Of a stretch of 64,000 nt of DNA, positions 36,000 to 50,700 are shown piece after piece. A program made the translations under genes and the position numbers. The DNA comes from Tubiluchus corallicola. Lineage: Eukaryota; Animalia; Priapulida. Numbering within the stretch: position 1 is the first letter of the stretch; the number at the start of each line of letters is the position of its first letter. The notes beneath the pieces are model-generated. The model was not told where the DNA came from, did no database searches, and saw only the letters and a program-made list of their open reading frames with translations. Location of the stretch: assembly GCA_030141605.1 (NCBI GenBank), contig JAQGDQ010000026.1:186001-250000 (forward strand), given 5' to 3'.

Positions 36000-37850
36000 T
36001 GAACTTCGTGCAAAAAGCCAGTAAAGAAAAACCAGCGTGGGATGCTTTACGATTGCTGCGGATCCTGGATTCATCTTAAATGCTTTCTTTTATCTATCAC
36101 TGGTTATAATATACTTTCTAGAGACACAGACCCATGGTTTTGCTGCTTTTGTTTGCAAAAGTTTTTCCGTTTAATAATATTGATGATGATGACGATTTTC
36201 TTTGAAGTCTTGAATAATATACTTCTAAAGAGTCTTTGACAACATACTAGAAGTTTTGCGGTGCACATGCTAGTATACACGCTGCAACTCGCTAACTGGT
36301 GATGGTATTAGAGGTTATGAGAAGAGGTGAAACAAGCAAAACAAACATGGTGGGTGCGGGCTAAAAACACAGTTAGATTTACAGGCAGGTTAGCTGGGAT
36401 GGCACCCTCATGGTAGAAACAGCAGAGGGTGCTAGTGCTCGGAAGTGATCTCTAGAAGTGATTTCTCTGATATCCGGTGGAAGTTTGTTGTATTGCTCTG
36501 GGGTAGAAGGAGTATAAATAAATATTGACTCTTGCTAATGGCTGAACAAATTTGTTGTTATCTTTGAGAGATGGGGTGATGTAAGTTGGAAAATTATACC
36601 TATCCCGTGCTGCACTATATCATGTTTAGTATTTAGTAGATGTTTAGTATCGTTTGTCGGCGTCTAATTTCTAGTGTTTCCCACCCGAGTTCGAAGATCA
36701 TCCTAGATACTTCAGCATTTCTGGTATATTCATTTCGTTCAAATCGTGCTGCATTTCGCTGGACTTGTTTGATGCGCTTGATGTCAGTGATTGTGTATGG
36801 GTTCCAGGCTGCAATGCCATATTCTAGTTTGGGACTGACCAGGGCTTGCTCAGTGGCGTCATGCTATGGGGGCCCGGGGTGGGGGGACCTGGGCCCCCCA
36901 ATTGTTTAGAAAATGTCAAAAATTTTAAGGGTTTCGGCGACTTGTAATGAGACTAATAAAGGTGTAAAATTTTGAGGAACGGTGAAATCTCCCACTGTAG
37001 CATGATGTGCGATTATATATACACATAGGTATGATTATTGATTGAATCTAATGTCAAGATAGAGAAAGTCAAGACTCTTTGCACCTTCTACATGGCTGAT
37101 CTCGATGAAGAAACCCTCGAGTTGGAGTACCGCTTGTTCAGTCTTTTCATCAAAATATATATCAAAACAAAAAAATTGCAAATGATATAAATATGTATAT
37201 TGATGAATGTTTGATTGAGCGTGTAAATACTTTCAAATTTTTGGGAATTGCCCTTCATGAAAACTTAGATTGGAAAAATTGCAAAAACATTGGAATAATT
37301 TCATTTATCAAAAGCAAACTTCACTTCATTTCAAATTTCATTTATTATCTTTTTGTAATACATTAATTTTGCCTTACTTAACTTACTGTTGTGTGTTATA
37401 GGGCAGAACTTCTCCCATTTAACTTACTGTTGTGTGTTTTAGGGCAGAACTTATCCTACAAACCTGTTTATCTTAAATAGACATCAAAGAAAATTTCTCT
37501 GCCTTATGAATGGTTTATCAAACCATACAACTGTAACTAAATCACTATTTTGAAGCAGTGATATTGCAATTTCAGAAGATTCATTTAACCTATTTACACA
37601 TATGTACAAGACACATTTTGGTTTATTTCCAACTACTTTTATTAATCCAGTATTGTGTAATCAAACACAATATAGCACACGTTTTAATGAGTATCTTATA
37701 CCCTATCGTAGAACAAATCTTGGTAGATCGTTTTCTTAAATTCACAGTCCCCTTACAATGGAACAATATTCCTCCAAACTTTAAAAACAGCAAATCTATA
37801 AATATTTTTTAAAAAAATCTTTGGAACATATGTTTCTGTCTTATTTCTAA
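36000..37850. mobile_element. Cluster of decayed CR1-like LINE fragments with a hAT-like end nested inside
   Basis: Plus: PHD-finger relic (CKKPVKKNQRG..DCCGSWIHLKC...PWFC) at about 36005-36150 and an RT C-terminal relic (IERVNTFKFLGIALHENLDWK) at about 37215-37275. Minus: RT relic LVSPKLEYG.AAWNPY at about 36790-36845. A cagtggcgt...gggcccgggg hAT-like terminus lies at about 36851. Confidence 0.7.
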
Positions 37851-38527
37851 TGATTTGTATCGGTCGTACAGCATCCGCCGATGATTTCATGTGAAAAATC
37901 ACTTGCAGCTAATCTGAACATGGTCATTGTTTTCTTATTTTATGTGTTCTTTTGACTTCTTTCTTTTCGCTTTCTGCTAACTGCAGCATGTTTCTTCTTT
38001 ATTCTTCTCTGAGATGTTGCAGTGTATTTAAGCCGTGTGGAAGTAATTCCCTCTATAAGATGCTGTATGAGTGTATTTGTCTAGTGTGAGTAAAATAATT
38101 TGCAAAGATATTTTGTCAAAAGAATTGCATTTTATGGTAGTGCAGTGGATCCTTTGTGTAAATATATCTTGTATACTAATCCATACTGTGTTTTCATCTT
38201 TTTTGTATCTAACGCCAAAGTCTTCTCAACCAGCATTATTGTTGTGAGCAGAGTGGTCAGTTTTATTTTCTTTTGAAGAAAGACAGGTTAAAGCATGTCT
38301 AAAGAATTTAAAAGACTATCTTTGTGGACAACAATTTAAACTGTTAATTTATATAGTTTTCAGTGCTTAGCAACAAGACTGTGTATGAGTTGGTTATTAT
38401 TCCAGATGCAGACCAGTACTCTTGGCCTACGTTAATTGTCTGAAGTCTGTTTTTTTAACTTTTGCCATTGGTAATGCATTAATTTTCTTTTTGTTTTAGG
38501 TCTGTGAAGAACTGTGGCGGTACTGGT

Positions 38528-41500
38528 ATGCTTCATTTAATACGTGCTAGTTTTGTAAAAGCTTTCTCAAAGAAATATTTATTCGTCACCAACATTCTAG
38601 CTGGATCAGCTCTTCTTGGCCTTGGAGATGGCATTGAGCAGGCAATTGAACGAAAAAGAAGAATTAGAAGTAAACACGACTGGAAACGGACTTGTGAGTA
38701 AAAATAGTGTTCTTACTCATAAATCATGTGTAACTAGATTGTTGCAAATTGAACGTTTGTGAGATAGTGGGTCAAACTGCATTATTTTACAAACATCAAG
38801 ATCATTTGTAGGCTACAACTCTGGGCATAATCCACAAAATTAGTTACACCAAATTGATGCGCCTTTTCGTACTAAAGTGTTTGTGCTGTGATTTGTTGGC
38901 AAGCAGCTGCAGCTTTAAAATAAAATGATCAAGTTTCTCTATATAGCGCCCATATAATAAAAAAAATTACACTAATTACAGTCAATCTCGGGTATAAGGT
39001 ACTAGCTTACAAGGGACATTCGCCAACACCAACACCAGTCCCAATTTTTCGTAACATTTTTCCTTATAAAAATCTTCGTATATAAGGTACTCAGATATAA
39101 GGGACTTTCGGTTGTAAGTTACGATATCTTCAGGTCCCGTGTAATAGAAACCCAGGTAAATTGCCTCTTATATAAGAGACCTTTATGATCAAATATTTTT
39201 TACATCCTAAAAAGCCAATGCCAAGACCTAGCGCGGGCCCGACTGTATTTCCTTGGGACTACGGTTGGGTCTCGTGGCTGTAATGATGTGGGTAATAAGT
39301 TGGTGGCAAGTGTAATACCGGTGGATTGTCATGATTGATGAAAGAAATAGGCCAGAGCGCAAGGTGTGACTTACTACCACGGGATCCATAGAAGCAAGTG
39401 AGGATGCCGGGTTTATTGCATTGTAGTAATAGTAGTTACTGTTAATGATTATCAACTTTCTCTGATTTGATTAGCCAATTCTAGCTTGTTCTATTATGAC
39501 AAGAAATAAATTGGGTACGAGAAAAATCTTTAGTGTCTCTGAAATCAGTACAGATATTATTTCCTACAGCCAACTATATAAAATCAATTTTGATGATGTG
39601 ATAAGTAACGTCATTTCACTTCCTGTTGTTATTCATTCAAGATGATTGGATATGTTTGCATTAAATCGTTATATTACATACAATGTGACAAACGGTTCAT
39701 TGGGTATTAGGCTACCAGCTGAGGTATATAGAGCTCGCAGGTCTAGATACACTCTCGGTCTGACTCAACTTCAGGTATAAGGAACATCAGATGTAAGGGA
39801 CGATTTTTTCCAGTCCGGAGGTGTCCCTTATATCGGAGGTTGACTGTGTAACATTCCTACTTACTAATACAATCAGCATAGTAGCCCAAACAAAAGCACC
39901 TTTTAAATTAATAGGGAAAACTGACATCTGGAAAAACACACACTGAAAACCCCTCCTCATAACTGATTTAAAACAATAAACATTCTGGCTAACACATAGC
40001 AACTTTAAATTTTACTTCTACAGCATGTTAGATTTACTATTTTCACAACTAATTGATTCTTACCACTAACTCTAACTTTATGTCAATAATGTGAAATAGG
40101 TGATGCAGAACCGCAAGAGGCTTACAACTGAATTTGGGCAATCTTCCCACTTGTGAGTGGGAAATACATGTCAGTTGAGTAGTATCAGTGACCTCGTTCA
40201 GGCCTGGGTCAGACATTATTTACAATCCAATAAACATCTTGCTTTCTATCAGTGGGTAAATGAATGAAAATGGATCAGGCATTTAAGGAACACAAAATTT
40301 GGAAGCATAATAAAAAATCGAAAAGTAGTTGCAACGAACAATGAACCATTCAAAATCACAGCACTTGCTACTGACTAAACTTTAGATGCTCTGTGGTGCA
40401 TTACCTTGGCTTATGAAGTTACCTTGGCATATTATTGTTAGAACTGGGTTTAGGATTGCAATTTAAAAAGTTAAGTTTTCAATAGCTAAGAAGAATCAGT
40501 CTGTTTAACTTAACTAATTACATACTAAAGCATAATTGCAAGATGAGAAATAAAATATAGAAATGAATTTTACAGTAAAAAATTAGTAAAATACTTGGGA
40601 CTTGATAAAATATCTTTCTAATGTTATCGCCTTCCACAAGTTAAATTCAACTCATTTTACTTTACTTTGTGTAGTGTATTTACATTTATGTCACAATGTA
40701 GTAAACTTTTTGAAGTAGGTTGGTATCCCTTAGCAGCTAGTAGCTAAAAATGTATATAAAACAGTGTGATGTGAATGCTGTGAAAAGTTAACTGTTTCAA
40801 TATTTTTTCCTTTACAAATATTTCTCATTTGATGTAGGTAACATGATTACAATGGGTGCCACATTTGGATTTCTAGCTCATAACTGGTATCGCATTTTGG
40901 ATAAGAGATTTTGGGGGAATACTACTTCTGCTGTTACGAAAAAAGTCCTTTTGGATCAAATTGTGGGTAGTCCTGTTGGGTACACTATATTCATCTTCGG
41001 TATGTCTCTCTATTAGTCTGCTTGGGTTGATCAGTTCATTGTTACATTTATAATGTTGGTTTTTAAAATCAATAGTACAAATGTGCAAAGTAACATTATT
41101 TTATTGTAGTAAAATGTCAGTGTGATTGTGTGTATTCTATAACAACAAACTCGTGTTGCCCTTTAATGCACTCGTGTTGTTGATTTTATCATGAGATATC
41201 CATCTAAGCCTAATGCCAGTCTTGTTGCGTGCATTTTTTGTTTCTGCATGGAAATTTGCAAGTGGCAGTGCACCGTGTATTTAGGATAAAATAATACAGA
41301 ATAATTCTGAATGAGAAGTAAATGTTTTAGCAGTTGGTATAAGATTAACATTATTATTTATAATTTGATTCCATGGGCGTGTTGGAAGAAATAAATATGC
41401 GAAATGTGTAATTTAAGCGAAATAAAAAGCGAGATACATTTCCTTCTTGACTGCCCTTTTTACAATACGCAAAGAAGGGGTTTATTTCGAAAATATTGTC

Positions 41501-43705
41501 ACACTGAACAAAATTTTATGCAACTGGTGAATACTGAAAAAATTGTTTTTGTTATGAATACTGATGTTTTAACTAGAAACCTTACTCGTTTTATACAAAA
41601 TTCTTACATGAAGAGGCAAAAACAAATTCATAAGCAAAGACTGTCAATTTGTGTAATCTTTTCCAGAATTGTTAAGTAATCTTGTACCATGTGTAATGAT
41701 ACAATCTGTATGAATTTCGCCACGTTTACAAGTTACGAGAATCTCTTGGGTTTAGTAGGCAGTGGTTTGTAAGCCTAAATGGCTGGGTTTATGTCTAAAT
41801 TTTTGTCATACATGGACTGGTGAAAATAATTGTAAATGTAATGTGTGACGGATGTAAACGTGTTTCTTTAATAAATATTTTCTCACTCATTTTCTCACAT
41901 TTATTAGAGCTGTATATTCATGTTAAATATAGAACTAATCTATTATTTACAGGGCATGGACAGGTTAGACAGGTTGCTACGTTTTTGTAATTTGTATCAC
42001 TGTATTGACTATGCCCTATTTTGACAGCCATGTATGGATAGGCATGCAATTAGTATTGTACTTCAAAAATATTATTTTTTGTGATTAAATCTTTTAACCA
42101 TAAATGTGAATTTGGTTTTCTAGGATATAATGCATTGGATGGAATAGGTTATGCTCGATCTAAAGAGGAGTTTATAGATAAGTTTCCAACACTGTATTTA
42201 GTACGTATACGATTACATAATTATGTTACATCTAGTAACTGAAAAATAGCTATATTTTATGTTGGTGCTCTATCTCTTTTTAAATTCTAAATAGAAATTT
42301 TAGATTTTTCGGAAAGTGCTATATGACATTTGGAGCCTGATTTTGTGCGTGTTTTGAAACCTGTGATTGGTGACAGCAATTCGAAATTCCGATGTTGCTA
42401 GAGAATCTTAGTCAGAAACGTTTGGTTTTTTACCTTTTTTCCACAAGAATCCAAAAGTACCAGTTTGCAGTGTAATGCTCAATTCCCTCCAGAGTTCTGA
42501 GAAGAACAGGTGTGGCATTAAGCAATTATACTTGCAATTTGCTTGAGCTCCTCTAGATTTTAAGTTTCAGGTTTGAAATCCTAATTTTTCACGCTTAGTG
42601 TTCTTTAGTAGTGTAAACTAACTTACCAAAAAATTTACGGAAAAACATTAGTGACTGTATTGTGAAAACATGACATCATTCTTATTTTCAATATCTAAAG
42701 TATGTAAAGACAATAATTTTTTTTGTTACAGGCTGATTGGTGTGTCTGGCCTCTAGCGCAGGCTATTAATTTTAAGTATATAAACGCCAGGTATCGAGCT
42801 GTTTACGTGAATACATTAACTTTGGGGTGGAACGTTTTCTTATCCTACATAAAATACGAGGTAAAATTATTTGGTATAGACTCATTAACCTATAACAGCA
42901 TTTTAAAGGCCACAACAAGGTAACATTAGTCCTGGAGATGAAAACTATTTAAAAATATCTATAATTATTGGCAGAAAATTGGTCACGTTTCTGTAACAAG
43001 TTACTTGCATCAGTAAAAAAATGTTAATGTAAATCGTATCAGAGAATTTACTTACTAGTATTTATTGCTTATGTTACAAGCCATATCACATTTAAAGCTA
43101 AAAACATCTACTTTCTGTGTCATTGCATCACACGAACAACTCGACTCCTAAATGAATCATCAAGCTGATATAGTAACGAGACTCTAGACTAACAAAAAAC
43201 CCTTTCCCATTTGTTGGGTACAGTGTATTTCTCATTAGAATCTTCAAAATTTGGCCAACAATAATTTTTTCAACTCTTGCATCCAATCAATAACAGCTAT
43301 ATCACCTGTACTGTTCAGAGTCAGTAGTGCTTAACTTAAGGAAATTGCTCATGAATTAAATCTTCAAACTGTAGGTAGTTAATGCGTTAGCTGTCAGAAA
43401 TTAAATTACATTTTGGCATTTTGCATTGGATTTCTGGCTACATTAGGTGTTAAAAATTGCTTATGTTTTGTACGTAACATTTCAGAATATTTTCAGTTTC
43501 TAGTCTGAAACTGTCCCAGAAGGGTTGCAGTTTTCCTGTTGTGAATGCTCTCAAATTGATGTAATTTATAAGTTAGTTCTTTCTTTTAAATGTTAATTTC
43601 GAACTCTTATTTAATTTATAATTTTTTTTGTTAAAATCTCTGCAGGATCAGGCAGCCGATGATGAGTCATCCAAAACAGAAACTAGTCAGTCTGCTGTGT
43701 TATGA
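38528..43705 (+). CDS. MPV17L2: Mpv17/PMP22 family protein, MPV17-like 2
   Basis: Exons 38528-38693, 40838-40999, 42124-42200, 42732-42860, 43646-43705; GT-AG and phase-consistent. Motifs KYLFVTN..GLGDGIEQ, HDWKRT, HNWYRILD, KKVLLDQ, KFPTLYLADWCVWPLAQAINFKY..YRAVYVN.LTLGWNVFLSYIKY. The last exon is the least certain. Confidence 0.9.
38979..39846. mobile_element. pogo/Tigger-type MITE in MPV17L2 intron
   Basis: TIRs cagtcaatctcgggtataagg / ccttatatcggaggttgactg, a left TA flank, and repeated tataagg subterminal motifs. Confidence 0.75.
41386..41880 (+). mobile_element. LINE 3'-end fragment
   Basis: CEMCNLSEIKSEIHFLLDCPFYNTQR resembles the C-terminal CxxC..EDExHFLLxCPxY motif of non-LTR ORF2; AATAAA near 41870. 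Confidence 0.7.
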
Positions 43706-44192
43706 CCAGCATTGTAAACCTGCTATGTAGCTGAAGGCTGATATTGATATAGTAAGCAATAACTGTGCATCATGGTTGCTAAAATATGGAGTAGAATAAC
43801 TCGAAAAGTGCACAATAAGTTTACGCACTTTTGAACAATGTATTTTTAAGTTATTTGTTGTTCTATATTTATGTGATTATATTAGAATAGGAAATATCAA
43901 GCTTCTAGCTTCAGCTCAAAAAGATTTTCAGTCAGTATAATTTATTTTTGTGTAGAAGATGAAGTGTGACATATCTTGGTGTTCTAAAAGGCTGTATAAG
44001 TTAATAAAACACGGTAGAATAAAATTTTTACGATGATTACATGTGTACTCAAATTAATTTATAACTATTTGAATTTTGAAGTTCTAAGAATAGATGAAAG
44101 TTAAAGCTATGATAACCTTAGTTTTAATTTGTTGCAGAAATTTCCAGAACCATTATGAGAGCCGTACAACTTATATAGTTAGTGTGCAGATA

Positions 44193-45148
44193 CAGTAGGC
44201 ACTGCTTAATAGACTCGGGGTTAATAGCCTGAATCGCTTAATTGACTCAAAAACGCCTGGTACGGGCCGCTTCTATTCAAATATACATAAAAGCTGTCGA
44301 TAATTGACTCACATAACTCCGCATAATTGACTCATTTTTCCTTCACATACTTAAAATGAGACATTTGTTTGTGCCCAAAGAGCCTTTCCTACTTATGTCA
44401 TCTTTACTTAGTTTTTGTGCACTATAATATAGGTAGAAACAATCATCTTAAGTACCGTTCTATTTGTACATTTATCATGCGCTTATACGCTAGCGTGCAA
44501 TTAACCTCGTTATCCATGAATTTCTGGAAGCTAAACATTTAATCACTTGTCTAGCGGTTTCCTTTTGAAACTCTCATTTCACGCTTTAACTCTTAATCAC
44601 TTAACAATCAAAGATGCAGGTTTAGTAATCAGCCGGCATTCCTTGTGACTTACAAGAGTAAACATTATACAGCGAATAAGAGCATGGAGTTAAGAAGTCT
44701 GAAAAATACAGCTCAAGCACGCCAAGCGCTAAATGTTTTACGTGAATACGTGCATCACACAGCAACAGATTTTCAACATTTTATAATTAGGAGAACTTTG
44801 TGAGCCAATTTCTTCGCGAGAAAATGAAGCAACCGACTTTGAAGGAATTTTTGTCATTTTTGCAAATAATTAGACTTGTGTGATTTAGAAAAGTATACTT
44901 TTTAATTTATTGCCAACTCACTTATATAAATTAATATTTTAAAATATTTTTTTCTAATTTTTAACTGCACAAAGGAATTTTGCCATTACTTCATTTCTAA
45001 AATTCATTAAAAAGCTTTGCAGTGCTTAGTAAGCTGGTGACTCATACTATACCAGTAATACAACACCCATCGGTTTTTATAGGCTCAGTCGGTTAATTGG
45101 GTCAAAACACTTCAGTCCCAAAATGAGCATATTAAGCGGCGTCTACTG
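44193..45148 (+). mobile_element. pogo/Tigger non-autonomous element, same family as 6723-7630
   Basis: TIRs cagtaggcactgcttaat / attaagcggcgtctactg with TA flanks. A transposase C-terminal relic (AQARQALNVLREY...EKMKQPTLKEF) lies at about 44711-44850. Confidence 0.88.
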
Positions 45149-47711
45149 TATTTTGTAGAATACATTTTGCCGTTCAATCAATGTTGCCACTTTTTTGTCT
45201 CATGCAATTAAAATATTCTTCAAAGACATAATTGCATTCACACATTTCCTGGTAACTCTGGGTTAGCAGTTAGATAATTTGATTTATAAATGAGTGATTA
45301 ACAAAGCTCCGTCTTCAAATTTTCTTTGTTTTCTGTCAGTTCGCTATTGTGAAAAAACTTTTTTGTCCGGTTTTCTAAGAGATCTTCTCGCCTTTCCTTC
45401 ATTTTCTCCACATTGAAAGTAGCAACTTTCAATATATACCATTCATTATTTTGGTATCATAAATGGCAGTTTATTACTCAAAGACTTTTACTATTTCCTT
45501 AACATGTACTATTGATGTCATTACTTTCCTCTGCAAGATGTAAAATGTATTACTGGTTCTGCAGGCAGAAGGCACTGAAGTCCATGACGCCGTTTTAGGA
45601 AAGCATGTTTTTAGCAATGAGTGGTTGCGTCAATGTTTTATCCATAAGAAAAAATTTTTACTTAATGCACATTTGTATATAATGGGTAGTTGGAATAATA
45701 CATAGATTTTCTGTCACATCAAATTTCAATTTTTAAAATTAGTTTTATTAACTGCATTTATTAGAGATACAAAATTTAGGTACGTGTATTTTTGTGTTTT
45801 GCTGTGATAGTATTTGATTAGAAAACTTTCGTACCATCTGTTTCGATGTACCTGCTGCTCTATGCTACTGCAATTATTGGATGCTAATTATGATATGCAT
45901 TAGCATTAGATATTTAGTTTACGTCCTAAAAATGTGTGGTAATGTATGATATTATTTTATCTCTTATTTTTAGCAGTGTAATTCAAATGTTATAATTGTG
46001 GCATACTTACCATTGTCTTTCTGTAATTGTTTACAACTGTACAACTGTTGTGTGATGTTGCATAATGAGATTTGACTTGTTACTAGAATTCGCTAACCCT
46101 ATCAGTAACTTTTGTGAAGCTTTTGGCTTTATTTTTTGTGTGCAGCAACCAAAAAAAGAAATGTTCATTTATACTTTCTCATTATAATTTGTGTTTACAC
46201 AAACATCGTACCTTTGCAGATATGATAATCAAACCGCTATCTTACATTTTATCTGATGGATTCATCAAATATTACAAAACAAAATTTTGAGTATTGGAAA
46301 TCTTTCTGTGATCTAGCATGTGTGTTTTTGTGTGGCTGCGTAAGACAGCAGACCTGTTATTTGTAATATGTAATAATTGATAATAACCGGTAATAACTGG
46401 TAATAATTGGTAATAACTAATATGCAGGGTTAAACGATATGCATGTTGTTGATTATGGAAAGCAAGTTGAATTGCAAACAAATATTTTGTCAGTTTGATA
46501 AATTTGTTTTCAATTTTCATAATTAAAACAGCTTAATAGGTTAGAGAGTATGCTGAAAAGTAGTTAGGGGAGTAATATTTTGAGACCCTGTTAAATGTGC
46601 TTTTAAAAAACATTGGTGCCATGAAACAATTTTATACTTTATTTAAATGGAATGCAAAAAAGATTTCTTATTCACGTATTTAACTGCTCTCTACCCAACT
46701 TTCTGTGACAAAGTCACAAATTCATGTTAGGTGCTATTGTAGTTCTAGCTATATTTTTTGGCTGCATACCCTTTGCAGGTGAGCGTCTTGTTAAATGTAT
46801 AGCTGTAGCTTAGCTCAAACTACTAAGTAAATTTGTTGCTGTAGCTTAGTTCTGACTACAATTTTTTATAGTTCAGCCAACACCGTTTACAGCGTGCTAT
46901 TGTCTACATTGTCATAAAATTAGTGCCAATTTTAAGCCACTTGTAATTACCTCATTGGTTAATTTATTATACTGTGAAAATTATGTGCATTATCATTCCA
47001 AAAATTGTTTTTGTTAACAATTTTTATGTTGTCCTGTCACAACACTTTGTATGATATTATCTATCTTTCCTTCTTCTGCCAATTCAGGTGCAATTTTGTG
47101 AAATGAAATTGTTATATTTAGTTATAGCATAAAACATTGTAACTTAATCTTGTAAAAACAAATTTTTTTGTATAACAATTTATCATATACATAGCTTTAT
47201 TTAATTTACCTTTAAAACCATTTTAGATATATGTTTGTATCGATATTGTTTATGCTCTTTAATATGTTGCTACAATATATAAATTGTATTACCCTATAAA
47301 TTTGACTTGATTAATCATTGCTGAAAGGTATTTGTATCAAATAATTGACCATATTTCACAGCACGGTCACGACGGTGGCTGATTAAAAACAGTGAAACTA
47401 TAATACAAACAAATGTTATTTATATTGAAAAACAAAAAGCAAAGCCAGAAGCTTGACACAACAAATAGTAAAACAAAAAACCTTTAAAACCAAACCACAC
47501 ATAGTGATTTTGTGTTAAACCTAAATGACAACATTACAAATTACACTTACACTATCGAAACTATACTGACAAAGACTATTTCTCAAATATATGTTTGAAT
47601 AAACTGCTTTTCATTTAGATATTTAAAGGCTAAATAATACAAAAAAGAACCAGTTCTTTTTCTCACTTCATTTGTTACTTTGCCCAGCAGCTGCTGCTTA
47701 TAATAATCCTG

Positions 47712-50700
47712 CTACCTTGAAATATTATTGATTATGATGATCAGGATGAATAACAGTAAATTTGCTCTGGTTTTGTTTTTTGACGTTGCTCCTGACTCCA
47801 GCATTTTCAGGAATAAGTTATCAGCTTTGGGATCCGTACCATCATAGAAGTGAATTGGACAGTTGTCATCTGTAACATTCAAGAGAAAAATTTACAGTGG
47901 ATGTTTAACATTTAGCATTAGAATAGATAACACAATACTAAGTTATTCTCTGTTAATAGTGAAGCTCTTATCGCTGTTACACGTGAAATAGGTTGCCGTT
48001 TCTGGTAAAAAATTATGTAACAGTGAAAACGCTACGTTCATTGTTTGCAAAGCAATGTATTTTCGAGCTTTATATGCACAGGCTTCAGAAGCCTTAAATT
48101 GGTTTCACACACCGGTTTAACTCGTTTCATGCTTTCAAATGTCTTAGCTTCAAATCTCCTATGTTGGGCTCACATATATTCCAATATATTCACACGTTTT
48201 CCAGCGTCTATAAACATTTTACTCTGTTATCGCACGTCCTGTATGACCTTTACTATTTCCATTAACTTCACGCATCTTTTGCTTTCACACATCTTCTAGT
48301 TCCATCACACATCTTTCTATGGTTTCATATACTTTCCAGTCCTGTCACTTATATTCCAAGCTTTCGCGCCTCTTTAAGTGTCTTTACGCACCTTTCAATG
48401 CTTTTACAGATCTTACAATGCCTTTACATATCTTTGAGTGCCTTCATGCATCTTTCAATGTTTTTACGCGTCTTCCAGTTTCTTCACACTCTTCCATCGC
48501 CTTCACACATTTTTCGATAGCTTTGCAGTGTCTTCAAATGTTTTCCGGTGCCTTCACACGTTTCCTTATGCATTCACACATCTTTTTGCGGATTCATACA
48601 TCTTCCAGTGTTTTCACTATCTTCCACTGCCTTCACACATCTTCCAGTGCTTTACTTGTATGTTCTTCCATGTTTTGACATGCTTTACATGCAGTTTTAC
48701 CTCGCTTCATATGTTTTTTGACGACTGTATACAACTTTAGATAGCTAGTTCGAGGCTTACGCGTTTTCTGGAAACCTTTGCGCGTTAAATACGTGCTCTA
48801 ATATTTTGCTAGCTCGTCTCTTTGTTGAGTCCACGCGCCCTGAAGAATGTAATTATTTTTTGTTGACGAATCCATAGCTTCAAGGATCTTTTAGTTCCTT
48901 GATGAAATGACTTCTGTTCTTCACCCCTTTTCTGAGAGAGTCATACATACTAAATTCGTGCGGTTCCACCAGCTTTTATTCGGCTAATAAATATTACAAA
49001 TTTTAAATAGACTTAATTGAAGCCAATGAAAGTTAAATACTTCCCCGTCAAGATAAACGAAAACAATAGGAACCACTGCGGCACCAACAAACGGACTCAC
49101 GCAAAAAACTCGCAGAAAGTGTTGGTTAATAATAATAGCATTACTTACGTAGACGTTCATTTTCTATGAGGGTCAACTTGAGACTTGCTCCTTCGGAAAA
49201 ATTTTGTGAAGTTGGTTGCTGATAAGTTCCACAACTCGAGCGGTGAGATCGAGACAAAGAGAATTGTCCATAAGAGTCCCGAATTAGAATCTAAACCAAT
49301 AAAAGTTACACGTATTAAAATTCAGAAGCTTACTTGAGCAAATATCCTACTTAAAGAAGATTTTCATGAATCAACGATGATGACAAATTATGTACATGTG
49401 TGAAGGTTATATGCAACCGCCAGGATTGTCTCGATTATCCGATACAAAAAAACGATAAGATTAATTCATTTTCATCTTATAAAACCACAACATAAGACAG
49501 TACTACACAAAATATAGACCTGCACAACATAAAGTACATACAAGAAAAAAGATAAAAACCACCAGCTAAATAACTGTCACAGTGTGCTTTTTAATTAAAA
49601 TTAATTTGTACGCGTCATTAGAGCAAAAAATAAATATAAATGTATACAACAAAAAACTAGTTTTAGTGTCGATTTCGAACAAGCTTAAAAACAGTACTTC
49701 ACATAAAACCGGAGAGACAGTTGTGGTTATGCGTTCAACCATTAAAACAGAGTATAATTTGTAACTGAAGCAATATTTGTACTCAAGTTCACTTACCCAA
49801 CATCTGTATTTGGAATAGGCGTCTTCGGGATCGTATGTATAAATGAAAGCTGTAGTATCCTCATTCCAGTAACCCAGGCATTTCCATTCATAATCAAGAA
49901 TTTCTGTAACAATTTATAGTAATAGATGCAGGATATTGTGGTCTTTTCCGAAAAGACTGTTATCATTGCGTTACAGATATTCGCACTTTTTGAAATGAAG
50001 CCAAGTAAGTAATTTAATGTAACCCATAAGGGTTACCCATAAGAATGCCGAACGATTTCTGCATCTTTGAGAAAAGCATCATCAAATACCCCTTTCGTGT
50101 GTATTTGAAACACTGCAGCTGCAGTTGCCAATGCTCTACTTCTGAATGGGACAATCGAAAATCTCCAATTATTTTCATTGGCTCGCCGGACTTCCATGCA
50201 AATATTGAGATTCTCATTTAGGTTTTGGGTACGCTTATCAAAATTAGGAAAGCCGGACGATTGATTAGACTAAATCTTATTTTAATTTGCTGTCCAAAAT
50301 ATACATTTTCTTGCCCATAAAAGTTATCAATTGTTAACTTTTGTTTATTTTTATTTAAATAATTATATTTAAATAATCAACCTGAGAAGTTAATTAACGG
50401 CAACCGAACACAACAATCGCTTACGTCACAAACTAATCACAATTTGTACAATGGTAAGCATATATCCTGCGCGTCAAGCACGTTTGCTTAAGAGAACATT
50501 GCTATAAGACGCTGATGTGATGTTACGAAAATGGGCTCTACGTCACACTGACATCACAGACGAACACTGCATCACAGATGATCATACTTATCACGGTATT
50601 GCGTCTATTTGTCGGACACGCGAATGTGACAGAAAGGCGCCATTGCCAGTCTTCTTGGATTCGTTGAGCCGTGCGTAACTTTGAAACTTTAATAAAATTT

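Noticed and set aside
43081-43095. Alternative MPV17L2 last exon (PYHI*)
   Set aside because: Weak AAG acceptor; the exon at 43646 has a much better acceptor, and this cannot be supported without RNA data.
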